Shown: positions 9,523 to 17,836 of the stretch, in pieces
Layout of the letters: each line of letters starts with the position of its first letter
Position numbering within the stretch: position 1 is the first letter of the stretch
Assembly (NCBI GenBank): GCA_002415345.1
Contig: DHXV01000003.1
Span: 152,213-216,212 of the forward strand
Direction: 5' to 3'
DNA: 64,000 bases
Origin: Patescibacteria group bacterium UBA5147
GTDB taxonomy: Bacteria > Patescibacteriota > Saccharimonadia > UBA4664
Position numbers and translations under genes: made by a program
The notes under the pieces: model-generated
Told to the model about the DNA's origin: nothing
Seen by the model: only the letters and a program-made list of their open reading frames with translations
Databases searched by the model: none

Positions 9523-11250
9523 TTATTGCCTTGCCGGCGTGGCCTGAGGGGCAAGTATCGGTTCGTCTTTGCTCTGGGCCTGGCCAAGTTCGACGGCTAG
9601 TCCTTTCCCTGACTCATTCAGTCGGCCGCGTTTGGGCTTATCGGCCTGTTGGAGCGGAATTTCTTTCAAGAACAAGGTTACAATCAGCGCGACGGACGCC
9701 ACTACGGCACCAATGAGGAACAGATGCCCCACCGACGAGGCGAATATGTCCCGGGCCTGGTTCGTAAAGTCAGTGAAGGCCTGGGTGGCGCCGGCTTGAG
9801 CGGGCTGAGGCAGCGCTCCCAGTGCGGCGTGGACTTTGGTTTGGCCCTCGGTCGATAGCAAACCTTGGATGACATTCGGATTGGTGGCGTCGATACCGCG
9901 GCCGGCCGAGGCTTGGGCGTAAGCCGTGCTGGTGAGGCTGGCCGACTTCTGGGCCAGGGTATTATTGAATACCGCCCCAAGTACGGCAGTACCGACGGTG
10001 CCGCCGACGCTCCGGGCGAGCTGGGTCGAAGCCGTCACCACGCCCATTTTGCTCCGATCGAAGGCATTTTGAACTGCGATAGTAAAGACCGGCATGGTAA
10101 GTCCCAGGCTAATACCCAACGCCACCATGTGCTGCAGTAGCTGAACGTGAGTGGTGGCGGGCGTGATGGTACTCAGCCACAGCAGGCTGAGTACGAGTAA
10201 AGTGGCGCCGGTGAGGGCGATGAAGCGGTACTTACCGGTTCTGGCAATGAGCTGGCCGGAGATAACCGAGGCCCCGATTAGCCCGATCATCAGTGGGGTC
10301 AGCATTGTCCCGGAATCGGTGGCGGAGACGCCTTTGACTAGCTGGGCAAAGATCGGGATGTAGATGATGGCGCCGAACATTGCGGCAGCCGTCAGGAAAG
10401 TTATGGTGACGGAGGTGGTAAAGATAGAGTTCTTGAACAGGCTCAGAGGAATAATCGGCTCCTTGGCCTTGTGCTCAGCCCACAGGAATCCCAGCATCGA
10501 GGCGATTCCGACCGCGAACAGGCTGATGATGAAGCCCGAGTTCCAGGCGTGCTCACGGCCGCCCCAGGATAGGGCCAGCAGCAACGGCACGAGCGAGGAC
10601 ACCAGTAGGCCCGCGCCCCAGAAGTCGATGACCTTGTCCTTGATGGCGGAGGCGACTTTGGGCATGAGGAAACCGATGAAGGCCAGAGCGACCAAACCAA
10701 GCGGGATATTAACGTAGAACACGGCCCGCCAGGACGCATGGTCGGTCAAGAAGCCGCCCAAGGCCGGACCGATTACCGATGACAGGCCGAAAATGCCACC
10801 GAGGACGCCTTGCCACCGGGCTCGCTCAGCCGGTGCGAACAAGTCGCCGATAATGGCGAAGGCGTTGCCCATGATGGCCCCGCCGCCGATCCCTTGGATG
10901 ACGCGGAAGAGAATGAGCTCGAACATGTTTTGCGACAGGCCGCACAATATTGAACCGACCAGGAAGATGACAATCCCGCTAAAAAAGAACCATTTGCGGC
11001 CGTAGAGGTCGGAGAGCTTGCCGTAGATCGGGACCGTAACGGTTGAGGCCAGCAGATAGGCGGTCACAACCCAGGTGAGATGATCCGCCCCTCCGAGCTC
11101 GCGAACGATTCTCGGCAGTGCTGTGCCGACGATGGTTTGGTCGAGGGCGGCCAGCAGCATCGCCAGGATTACGCCGATCATGGTAATTATCTTGCGCTTG
11201 GGGTGCAGGTCGCCAAACGATGTTACGGCTGCGTCTTCATTCATAGTCAT
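9523..11250 (-). CDS. MFS transporter, DHA2 (14-TM drug:H+ antiporter, EmrB/QacA-like)
   Basis: [11 protein letters not shown]...GKLSDLYGRKW motifs, about 14 hydrophobic segments. Start placed at the internal Met directly after an AGAGGG SD that overlaps the marR stop (the ORF track starts at 11289). Confidence 0.85.
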   Translation of the reverse strand: MTMNEDAAVTSFGDLHPKRKIITMIGVILAMLLAALDQTIVGTALPRIVRELGGADHLTWVVTAYLLASTVTVPIYGKLSDLYGRKWFFFSGIVIFLVGSILCGLSQNMFELILFRVIQGIGGGAIMGNAFAIIGDLFAPAERARWQGVLGGIFGLSSVIGPALGGFLTDHASWRAVFYVNIPLGLVALAFIGFLMPKVASAIKDKVIDFWGAGLLVSSLVPLLLALSWGGREHAWNSGFIISLFAVGIASMLGFLWAEHKAKEPIIPLSLFKNSIFTTSVTITFLTAAAMFGAIIYIPIFAQLVKGVSATDSGTMLTPLMIGLIGASVISGQLIARTGKYRFIALTGATLLVLSLLWLSTITPATTHVQLLQHMVALGISLGLTMPVFTIAVQNAFDRSKMGVVTASTQLARSVGGTVGTAVLGAVFNNTLAQKSASLTSTAYAQASAGRGIDATNPNVIQGLLSTEGQTKVHAALGALPQPAQAGATQAFTDFTNQARDIFASSVGHLFLIGAVVASVALIVTLFLKEIPLQQADKPKRGRLNESGKGLAVELGQAQSKDEPILAPQATPARQ

Positions 11251-11257
11251 TTCCCTC

Positions 11258-11713
11258 TTATATTTCGGTTGGTGTCGTCTTGGTTTCATTGAGCTGAGCG
11301 GTGAGTTTTTCGGTCACAGAAATTAGTACCTCAACCTCGTTTTGAGTCAGGCGGTCTACCAATGCTTGCATGTGCTTGCGACGGAGAGAGCGCAGGTGGT
11401 TGGTAATATTCAGACCAGTTGGGCTCAAACGCAGCTGGATGACGCGACGATCATGATCGTCCGGGTGCCGGTCGATGAGGCTTCTCCGAACGAGTGTATC
11501 AACGGTCTGGGTGACGGCGCTTTGAGTTAGGAATAGCCGTCGGGCCAACTCGCCGGTGGTCTGGGGCTTTTCAATTAGCATCGTCAGTATCTCCACCTGA
11601 GTACGCGTCAGCTGCAAGCCCTCGCCGAGCCGCTCGCGCGCACCCACCATTGCACGCCGCATCGCGTCCAGCGCGGCTTCGACATTAGCTAGGTTATGGC
11701 TGGAGTTACTCAT
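11258..11713 (-). CDS. MarR-family transcriptional regulator, likely co-transcribed with the downstream MFS pump
   Basis: Winged HTH LTRTQVEILTMLIEKPQTTGELARRLFLTQSAVTQTVDTLVRRSLIDRHPDDHDRRVIQLRLSPTG. Start taken at MSNSSHN (the ORF track extends to 11788). Confidence 0.8.
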   Translation of the reverse strand: MSNSSHNLANVEAALDAMRRAMVGARERLGEGLQLTRTQVEILTMLIEKPQTTGELARRLFLTQSAVTQTVDTLVRRSLIDRHPDDHDRRVIQLRLSPTGLNITNHLRSLRRKHMQALVDRLTQNEVEVLISVTEKLTAQLNETKTTPTEI

Positions 11714-12015
11714 AGGCTTTAACAATATTAGTGACTTATGTATCTTTTGGCAATGGTTATGGAATATATATAATGCGTACTTATCCACAGTTTGACGATG
11801 AATGCGCTTCGGATAAGCATAAACGGTATCAACGCAATATGCAGCAGTTTACCGAAAGCACTTTGAAGTTATCCCCATTTCGTCATGACATCGTACAATT
11901 GTCAGCTTTGTTTAACTTCTGTAACTTATGTTTTCGTATGGCAGACATACCGTGAGGGTGCTTATAAATTAACTTATGTCCGCTCGCCTTCTCGCTTACG
12001 AAAGGATCACAACCA

Positions 12016-12636
12016 ATGCAACGACCCCTTTTAACACTGGCTCTGGCCATGGGCGTATTAGCCCTTGTCTCCGGCACCGCCAGCGCTGATAGCGTCGACC
12101 CTGCGAAAAAGGCCGCAATTACCACAGTTCCTGCCCCTAAAATCCATGAAGTCGTCTCGGGTGACAGCCTTTCGACGATTGCCGCGTCAGAAAATCTTGG
12201 TTCATGGCGCCCGATCTGGAATGTTAATCCGGATATCACCAATCCTGACATGATATATCCCGGCCAAAAATTTACCGTGCCAACCGGTGATACGACGGAG
12301 CGCGCCTTGCCGGCCGGTGTCAGCGATCAGCTGCCCAACCAGCAGGTGCAGGCCATAGCGCCTCAGCGCCACATTTCGTCCGCGCCCCGGGCAGTAAATT
12401 ATGCCGGCGGTACCGCAGGGATATTTGAACGCATCCGTCTGCGTGAGTCCGGCGGCAATTATGCCACCAATACCGGCAACGGATACTACGGTGCGTACCA
12501 GTACGATATTCGTACGTGGAACAATTATGGCGGTTACGCCCGTGCCGACCTGGCACCACCCGCCGTCCAAGATGCCAAGGCAGCCGAGACCTACGCTCAG
12601 CGTGGTTGCAGTCCATGGCCCAACACCTGCTACTAA
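12016..12636 (+). CDS. secreted LysM-domain protein with C-terminal Rpf-like (transglycosylase-like) domain
   Basis: Signal peptide; LysM (HEVVSGDSLSTIAA...IYPGQKFTVP); C-terminal ESGGNYATNTGNGYYGAYQYDIRTWNNYGG resembles the Rpf transglycosylase-like domain CESGGNW..NTGNGYYGGLQF..W..YGG. Confidence 0.8.
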   Translation: MQRPLLTLALAMGVLALVSGTASADSVDPAKKAAITTVPAPKIHEVVSGDSLSTIAASENLGSWRPIWNVNPDITNPDMIYPGQKFTVPTGDTTERALPAGVSDQLPNQQVQAIAPQRHISSAPRAVNYAGGTAGIFERIRLRESGGNYATNTGNGYYGAYQYDIRTWNNYGGYARADLAPPAVQDAKAAETYAQRGCSPWPNTCY

Positions 12637-12659
12637 AAAGTTAGTATGGTTCAGTTACC

Positions 12660-12686
12660 AAAAGAGCAGATATTATCTGCTCTTTT
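12660..12686 (+). terminator. rho-independent terminator after the LysM/Rpf-like gene
   Basis: AAAAGAGCAGAT-att-ATCTGCTCTTTT perfect 12-bp stem with flanking A/T tracts. Confidence 0.75.
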
Positions 12687-12750
12687 GGTGTATCGGATAA
12701 TACAGGGGATGTGCCTCCCAGATTAGTAAATAACCTGGGAGGCACGGTTG

Positions 12751-13059
12751 TCAGGTTGGGAAGCCTTGGATCTGCGCCGAGTGGTCGGCCATGGTGTAAA
12801 TCGCAAGTATTGCGTCCCGGTTATTGGGGGCCATACTGGCAATTACAGACGTCATTTCGGCGTTCTCGGCCGTCATGTTGCGTCGACGGCTGATGATATC
12901 GCAGCCAAGGCGTGCGTTATCAATTGAACCTCGCTGGCTCAGGCGGGCAAGACCGGCAATGGTGCGCTTTATGTCTGACATTGAGGGTGCTTCTCCGTTC
13001 GGTCGCGTACTGGACAACTTGAATAAGATAGCAGAATCATCCAGGCGCGGTACTGGCAA
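12751..13059 (-). CDS. hypothetical protein (low confidence; possibly last gene of the HK-RR operon)
   Basis: 102-aa ORF downstream of and co-oriented with the RR gene. A competing 83-aa Arg-rich plus-strand ORF (12824..13075) covers the same DNA and could not be ruled out. Confidence 0.3.
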   Translation of the reverse strand: MPVPRLDDSAILFKLSSTRPNGEAPSMSDIKRTIAGLARLSQRGSIDNARLGCDIISRRRNMTAENAEMTSVIASMAPNNRDAILAIYTMADHSAQIQGFPT

Positions 13060-13112
13060 AGGTACTAAAAATTGAACTAAGTTTGATGAAATGACTGGAG
13101 GATGGACGGAAG

Positions 13113-13493
13113 TTAGAACAGCAGTGATTCGATTATCTGCGCCAGCTGACTGGGGACGATGTCGGCCTTAATAATATAGCCGTCAGCCTGGGCCTTGAGA
13201 GCTTCCTGCGAAGTTTTATCCTGGGCCAAATTTGTCAGGATAAGGATTTTGGTATCGGGGCTCCCGTGGCCGTCTTCGCCGCGGAGTTCACGCAATACCT
13301 CGATGCCGCTCACCTGGGGCATCATAATGTCGAGGATAATTAGGTCGTAGTGCTTGGATTTGCATTTCTGGAGGCCTTCGGCACCATCGTATGCAAAGTC
13401 GGTCTTGTATTTATCGCCGGAGAGTACGCGAGCGTACATTTCGCTTATCGGGCGATCGTCCTCAATGAATAGAATGTTTTTTGATCCAGCCAT
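13113..13493 (-). CDS. response regulator, receiver domain only
   Basis: NILFIEDD...DLIILDIMMPQVSGIEV...KILILTN; start taken at MAGSK; overlaps the HK stop. Confidence 0.85.
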   Translation of the reverse strand: MAGSKNILFIEDDRPISEMYARVLSGDKYKTDFAYDGAEGLQKCKSKHYDLIILDIMMPQVSGIEVLRELRGEDGHGSPDTKILILTNLAQDKTSQEALKAQADGYIIKADIVPSQLAQIIESLLF

Positions 13494-14997
13494 GAGTACC
13501 TCTTGTAATGTTAATCTTATTATCATCCGACTTCCCTGAAGGCGCAATGACACTTACGGGCAGAGTGAAGCCGAAGGTGCTCCCTTTTCCTTCAACTGAT
13601 TCGACCCAGATATGACCGCCATGGGCTTCAACGATGGATCGGCATATATATAGACCGAGGCCCGTACCGCGACTGGCGGATTTAAATTCGTTGACCCGGT
13701 AGAACTTGGTGAACAGGCGTCCGACGGCATTGGCGGGAATACCTACGCCGGTATCGGTGACGGTGGTTTCAATGAACTTATGGTCGGCCGTTACCTTGAT
13801 GAGCACTTTGCCTCCTGCCGGAGTGTGATTACCTGCGTTGGATAAGAGATTTCGAAGCACTTCATGGAGACCAACGTTATCGGCCATCATTGCGGGCAAA
13901 CGGGCCGGGACCTTTATGGTCAGCGACAAGCTTTTCCGGGCTAATTGAGTTACAAAATCCGCGGTCAGCGTCTCAAGGTAGGCCTTATAGTCGATAACTT
14001 CGGGGCTGTAATTGAGCTCTCCATGTTCGATGCGGGCCACGTTCAAGAGATTGTTCAACAGTCCGGACAGTTCGGCCGCGCTGGCGACGCTGCGATCAAG
14101 CAAATCACGGTCGGTTTTACGGAGGCCTGCATCCTCTTGCTGGAGGATGTCCAGATAGCCTCTGATTTCGGTGAGCGGAGTACGTAGTTCGTGGGCTGCC
14201 AGAGCTACGAAGTCAACTTTCATTTCTTCCAGTTGATGATCCCGGGTAAGGTCGTGGAATGTCACGAGGGCGCTGATACCGTTGGGGTCGTCTTGGAGCT
14301 TTATGGCGTCGACGTCTACGAACAAGCTGGAGCCGTCGGAGTGGTAGAGTTCAAGGTTACGCCACTGGCCGAGCTTGTCGGGCGTACCGGAGTGAGTGGC
14401 CAGCCACCTGGTCATGACCAGTTCCCCGTTCTGACGGAACGGCATGACCTTTTCAGCAAGTTGCCCGGCGACTTCGGTGATGGCCCGTCCGGTGAGTTCG
14501 GTCGCCGCTTTGTTAAACAGAATGATTCGTCCATCATGATCGAGGGCGAATACCCCGTCGCTCATGGAGTTTAAGACGCCGCGGAGTTTGTTGCGCTCGG
14601 CTTCAATAAGGGCCGTCTCACTGGATGAAGCCGAAATGACATCCTGCAAGTGCTGGGCAACCTGCTTGAGCGCGGCGTTGATTTCCTTGAATTCGCCGCG
14701 GGCAGTGTTCACGGGTTGGGGGACCAGATTTCCGGCCGCCAAATCCATGACCGCACGGTGGATATCCCGTACGGGGCGGGAGAGGAGTTCGGCAAAGATA
14801 AAGCTCAACACGATGGCTGGCAGTACCCCGACGAGGAAGACCGGCAGAACCAGATGGGAAAAATCGAGTTCCAGGGCAGTGCCCAAATTCAGCTGGGAGA
14901 GCCAATACCAGATGGCAGCGACCAAAAGCGCCGGAACCAGCGAAACGATGAAGAACAGAGCCAGGGTTTGGCGTTTGTAACGGACTGATGACTGCAT
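13462..14997 (-). CDS. sensor histidine kinase (2 TM, HAMP, PAS, HisKA, HATPase_c)
   Basis: H-box ALAAHELRTPLTEI; N-box NLLSNAGNHT; G-boxes DTGVGI and GTGLGLYICRSIVEAHGG. Confidence 0.9.
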   Translation of the reverse strand: MQSSVRYKRQTLALFFIVSLVPALLVAAIWYWLSQLNLGTALELDFSHLVLPVFLVGVLPAIVLSFIFAELLSRPVRDIHRAVMDLAAGNLVPQPVNTARGEFKEINAALKQVAQHLQDVISASSSETALIEAERNKLRGVLNSMSDGVFALDHDGRIILFNKAATELTGRAITEVAGQLAEKVMPFRQNGELVMTRWLATHSGTPDKLGQWRNLELYHSDGSSLFVDVDAIKLQDDPNGISALVTFHDLTRDHQLEEMKVDFVALAAHELRTPLTEIRGYLDILQQEDAGLRKTDRDLLDRSVASAAELSGLLNNLLNVARIEHGELNYSPEVIDYKAYLETLTADFVTQLARKSLSLTIKVPARLPAMMADNVGLHEVLRNLLSNAGNHTPAGGKVLIKVTADHKFIETTVTDTGVGIPANAVGRLFTKFYRVNEFKSASRGTGLGLYICRSIVEAHGGHIWVESVEGKGSTFGFTLPVSVIAPSGKSDDNKINITRGTHGWIKKHSIH

Positions 14998-15014
14998 GCT
15001 TTAATTCTAATGCT

Positions 15015-15043
15015 TTAGCAAGCTCTCGGCCAGTCTTGTATAA
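15015..15043 (+). promoter_or_regulatory. candidate sigma70-type promoter for the FKBP gene (extended -10)
   Basis: -35 TTAGCA, 17-18 bp spacer, TGtTATAAT extended -10, about 24 bp upstream of the ATG; SD GAAGG. Confidence 0.45.
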
Positions 15044-15066
15044 TGGTTAAATAACGAAGGTACGCT

Positions 15067-15513
15067 ATGACAACGAAAATTCTGGTAGTGGTAGCCGCAA
15101 TTGCGGTGATAGGTTTAATAATCGGCGGCGTCGTAGTGCTGCAAGGCAATAGCACAAGTCCGGCCGCAACTGCCACTCCGTCCGTAGCGACGGCGCTGAA
15201 GTCGACTGATGAAGTAGTCGGAACCGGCGCCGAGGCCAAGGAAGGCAGCAAAATCACGGTAAAATATACCGGCAAGCTCACTGACGGTACTGTTTTTGAC
15301 TCTACCGAGAAACAGGGAGGAACGCCCGCTACCTTCACTCTGGCCAAAGGTTCGCTCATTGACGGTTGGGTCCAGGGTATTCCGGGGATGAAAGTCGGCG
15401 GCAAGCGCCATCTGGTTATTCCGGCCGCTCTTGGCTACGGTGATAAAGCTAACGGTTCTATTCCGGCTAATTCCACGCTGGAGTTTGATATCGAGCTTGT
15501 TGATGTTCAATAG
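15067..15513 (+). CDS. FKBP-type peptidyl-prolyl cis-trans isomerase, membrane-anchored
   Basis: N-terminal TM anchor; FKBP core VKYTGKLTDGTVFDST...GWVQGIPGMKVGGKRHLVIPAALGYG. Confidence 0.85.
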   Translation: MTTKILVVVAAIAVIGLIIGGVVVLQGNSTSPAATATPSVATALKSTDEVVGTGAEAKEGSKITVKYTGKLTDGTVFDSTEKQGGTPATFTLAKGSLIDGWVQGIPGMKVGGKRHLVIPAALGYGDKANGSIPANSTLEFDIELVDVQ

Positions 15514-15561
15514 GGGCAATTGTGCGCTCGACGCACATCTAATCCGTTCACTTTAAGGAAT

Positions 15562-15588
15562 GAGCCTTCGGGCTCTTTTCTTTGTTTT
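15562..15588 (+). terminator. rho-independent terminator after the FKBP gene
   Basis: GAGCC-ttcg-GGCTC followed by TTTTCTTTGTTTT. Confidence 0.7.
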
Positions 15589-15595
15589 GGAACAG

Positions 15596-16207
15596 CTACT
15601 GCCGATGAGCGTCGCAGAAGGCCGGACTGTATTGCTTGTGGCAAAGATTGTAGCCGACCAGCTCGCCAAGGTTGGCGTTGAACGGCAGGTTGAGGCTGGT
15701 TGGACTCGATACCGGGCGTAACCTTACCGGAATGGTACCGGTACCCAAACTGTCGACCTGGCTGAACGAGCCTCGCGACAAATCGATGATGCGGCCGGTC
15801 CAGGCTTCTGGGCCGTAATCGTTGACGCGGCAAACCACCACCCGGCCGTTTCGCAGGTTAGTGACTTCAATATAGCTGCCACGCGGGTAGGTGCGTGAGG
15901 CGCACGTAATGGCATCGGGCTGAGGCAAGCCTAAGGCATACCAGGAGCCCCGGCCTACGTTACCGGTCGCCGGCGGCGGTATCGGTGTGGGGGTGGCCGG
16001 AGCCGTCAGCAGGCGTCCCTCCGCGCTCGATTGCACGGAGATGGTTACGACTGGTTTGTTGAGCGTAATAGCATAGGCCAACGATCCCATGGAAATAGTG
16101 GCTATTATAACCGAAGCGGCGCGCAGGATGTGCTGGGAGGTCCGCCGTTTAACCAGTTTCTTTTTGGTCAGCAGATGTTTGATCCGCCGTTTTGTTTTTG
16201 CCTTCAT
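15596..16207 (-). CDS. RlpA-like double-psi beta-barrel (DPBB) protein, membrane-anchored
   Basis: Basic N-terminus + TM; DPBB motif GRGSWY...RTYPRGSYIEVTNLRNGRVVVCRVNDYGP. Confidence 0.75.
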   Translation of the reverse strand: MKAKTKRRIKHLLTKKKLVKRRTSQHILRAASVIIATISMGSLAYAITLNKPVVTISVQSSAEGRLLTAPATPTPIPPPATGNVGRGSWYALGLPQPDAITCASRTYPRGSYIEVTNLRNGRVVVCRVNDYGPEAWTGRIIDLSRGSFSQVDSLGTGTIPVRLRPVSSPTSLNLPFNANLGELVGYNLCHKQYSPAFCDAHRQ

Positions 16208-16251
16208 GTGCCACTTTTATACCATAAGCGGTATATAGGGTCAAACCGTCG

Positions 16252-17421
16252 TTAATAGGTGACGACGTTGCCGGTCGGAATCACGGAATACCAGGTATTG
16301 CCGGCGTCCAGGGGAATCTCAACGCCTGCAGCGTCCAGCAGCTTCGTACGGGCGCTGTGAGAGGCTTTAGTCCATGTTCCCGCCACAACGTCACCGTCGC
16401 GGAAAACGAGCGCCCTGCCCTGCCCTACGGTCTGCATGATGACGGTTTGCTCCCCGGTACGGGTGGTGCCGTAAGAGGTCGGCATGTACTCGACTACCAT
16501 GTTTTTGACATGGATCTGGGCGCCAGTGTTGCGGTCGATATGCGGCGCGCCGGCAAGAGCGCGTGCGTAATCGTTGGTTTGAGGGTCGTAGGTGTAATCC
16601 ACTTGGTAGCCGTTGTAGGAGAAATTGACGTGGATATTGGGGTGCGGGGCAGCCGCGTTGGGTGCGTCCGCTTTGCGGGGCGACACCGTGAAGCTGGCAG
16701 GCTTTGCGAAGCCGAGGCGGGCATTGAGGGCATCCAACAAGTCGGAATTGGTGTAGAGGGTGTGTTCGGTGGCAACGTTGCGATCCTTGGCACGGTAAAA
16801 GCCGTTGGCGGCAAAGCTTAGTGCATTAATATCCTTCATGCCGAGCGGGCCGACAAGATCGAGCGCATCGGCGTTGCCGCCCGCATGCGCCACGGGAGCG
16901 TTGAATTCCAGGCCCCAATCAACGAAGTAGGTCCGTAAGCTGCGGACCGGTCCGACAGTAGTCGGACGCTGGTCCAAAAAGAACGCTTGGAACCGTGTAA
17001 TGCCGCCTTCGGCCAGAGCCTCATAAACGACTCCCGCTTGGCCGAGTCCGGATTGAGGCCGCGCGTCAGGGTGGTTCTCGATAATGACCGAAGTAATGGG
17101 CCGGTCGGCCAGCGCTGGGTCCACTGGTAGGCCCGTCAACGGCGACAGCTTGGTAATGGGCGTTGGAGCCGGGGTCGGAGAGGCCGATTTCGTTGCAACA
17201 GGGGTAACGGCCGCCGGTTTAGGCGGGTAAATGAGGATGTAGGCTGCAGCAGCCCCCGCTGCCAACAGTACGATTGCAATTGGTATGATGATTTTCCAAT
17301 GCCGTTTGAACCACAGACGGATTCGCTGATGCTTCGTCGTCGAATCAGGGGCCGCCGTTGTTACGGCCGGATCGGTAGTAACCTCATCAGGATCGGTTGT
17401 CGAATCGGTTGGCTTACTCAT
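16252..17421 (-). CDS. DUF3048 (YerB-like) domain protein with Pro/Thr-rich membrane-anchored N-terminus
   Basis: PITSVIIENHPDARPQSGLGQAGVVYEALAEGGITRFQAFF matches the conserved DUF3048 core as I recall it. Confidence 0.7.
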   Translation of the reverse strand: MSKPTDSTTDPDEVTTDPAVTTAAPDSTTKHQRIRLWFKRHWKIIIPIAIVLLAAGAAAAYILIYPPKPAAVTPVATKSASPTPAPTPITKLSPLTGLPVDPALADRPITSVIIENHPDARPQSGLGQAGVVYEALAEGGITRFQAFFLDQRPTTVGPVRSLRTYFVDWGLEFNAPVAHAGGNADALDLVGPLGMKDINALSFAANGFYRAKDRNVATEHTLYTNSDLLDALNARLGFAKPASFTVSPRKADAPNAAAPHPNIHVNFSYNGYQVDYTYDPQTNDYARALAGAPHIDRNTGAQIHVKNMVVEYMPTSYGTTRTGEQTVIMQTVGQGRALVFRDGDVVAGTWTKASHSARTKLLDAAGVEIPLDAGNTWYSVIPTGNVVTY

Positions 17422-17478
17422 AGGGTTATCATAGTTAAAAACTTATGCTTACTCAAGGCCAGGGCCAAGTGCCAAAAT

Positions 17479-17504
17479 AAATACCACCCTTGCGGGTGGT
17501 ATTT
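17479..17504 (-). terminator. rho-independent terminator downstream of the 67-aa gene
   Basis: AAATACCACCC-ttgc-GGGTGGTATTT perfect 11-bp stem. Confidence 0.65.
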
Positions 17505-17525
17505 ATCAATTGGACCAGTGAGAAA

Positions 17526-17729
17526 TTATTCTACTGGAGCATCCATTGCGTCCCAGGCTGGCTGGCCGACGAATTTGGTGAGGTTGCGTCCCTCGTACTT
17601 ACCACGCAGAGCGTAGCGAACTTGGACTTTTCCGGCGGCAGTGGTGCGCTCGTACTTGGTCTTAGAAACATCGCTCTCAGGAACTTCTACGGACTGACGA
17701 GTCTTTACGTCGTAAAAAGAAACACTCAT
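17526..17729 (-). CDS. small basic hypothetical protein (67 aa), monocistronic
   Basis: Flanked by its own near-consensus promoter and a terminator; Lys/Arg-rich. Confidence 0.55.
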   Translation of the reverse strand: MSVSFYDVKTRQSVEVPESDVSKTKYERTTAAGKVQVRYALRGKYEGRNLTKFVGQPAWDAMDAPVE

Positions 17730-17763
17730 AGGTCTTTAGCCTCACTTACATTAAGTGATTGCA

Positions 17764-17793
17764 CTATAATGCAGGGATAATTAGCTTGTCAAA
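17764..17793 (-). promoter_or_regulatory. near-consensus sigma70 promoter for the 67-aa gene
   Basis: Minus-strand TTGACA -18 bp- TATAGT about 35 bp upstream of the ATG. Confidence 0.5.
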
Positions 17794-17836
17794 CATTATG
17801 CGCCTTGCCTAAGCCATTCGCTCGGGTGATTATGCT

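Noticed and set aside
11789-12015. c-di-AMP (ydaO) riboswitch upstream of the Rpf-like gene
   Set aside because: Looked for the conserved ydaO core but found no convincing match by eye; left unreported.
12824-13075. 83-aa plus-strand ORF competing with the minus-strand 102-aa ORF
   Set aside because: Neither has motifs; the minus-strand one is co-oriented with the HK-RR operon and was kept at low confidence; the plus-strand one was not listed.
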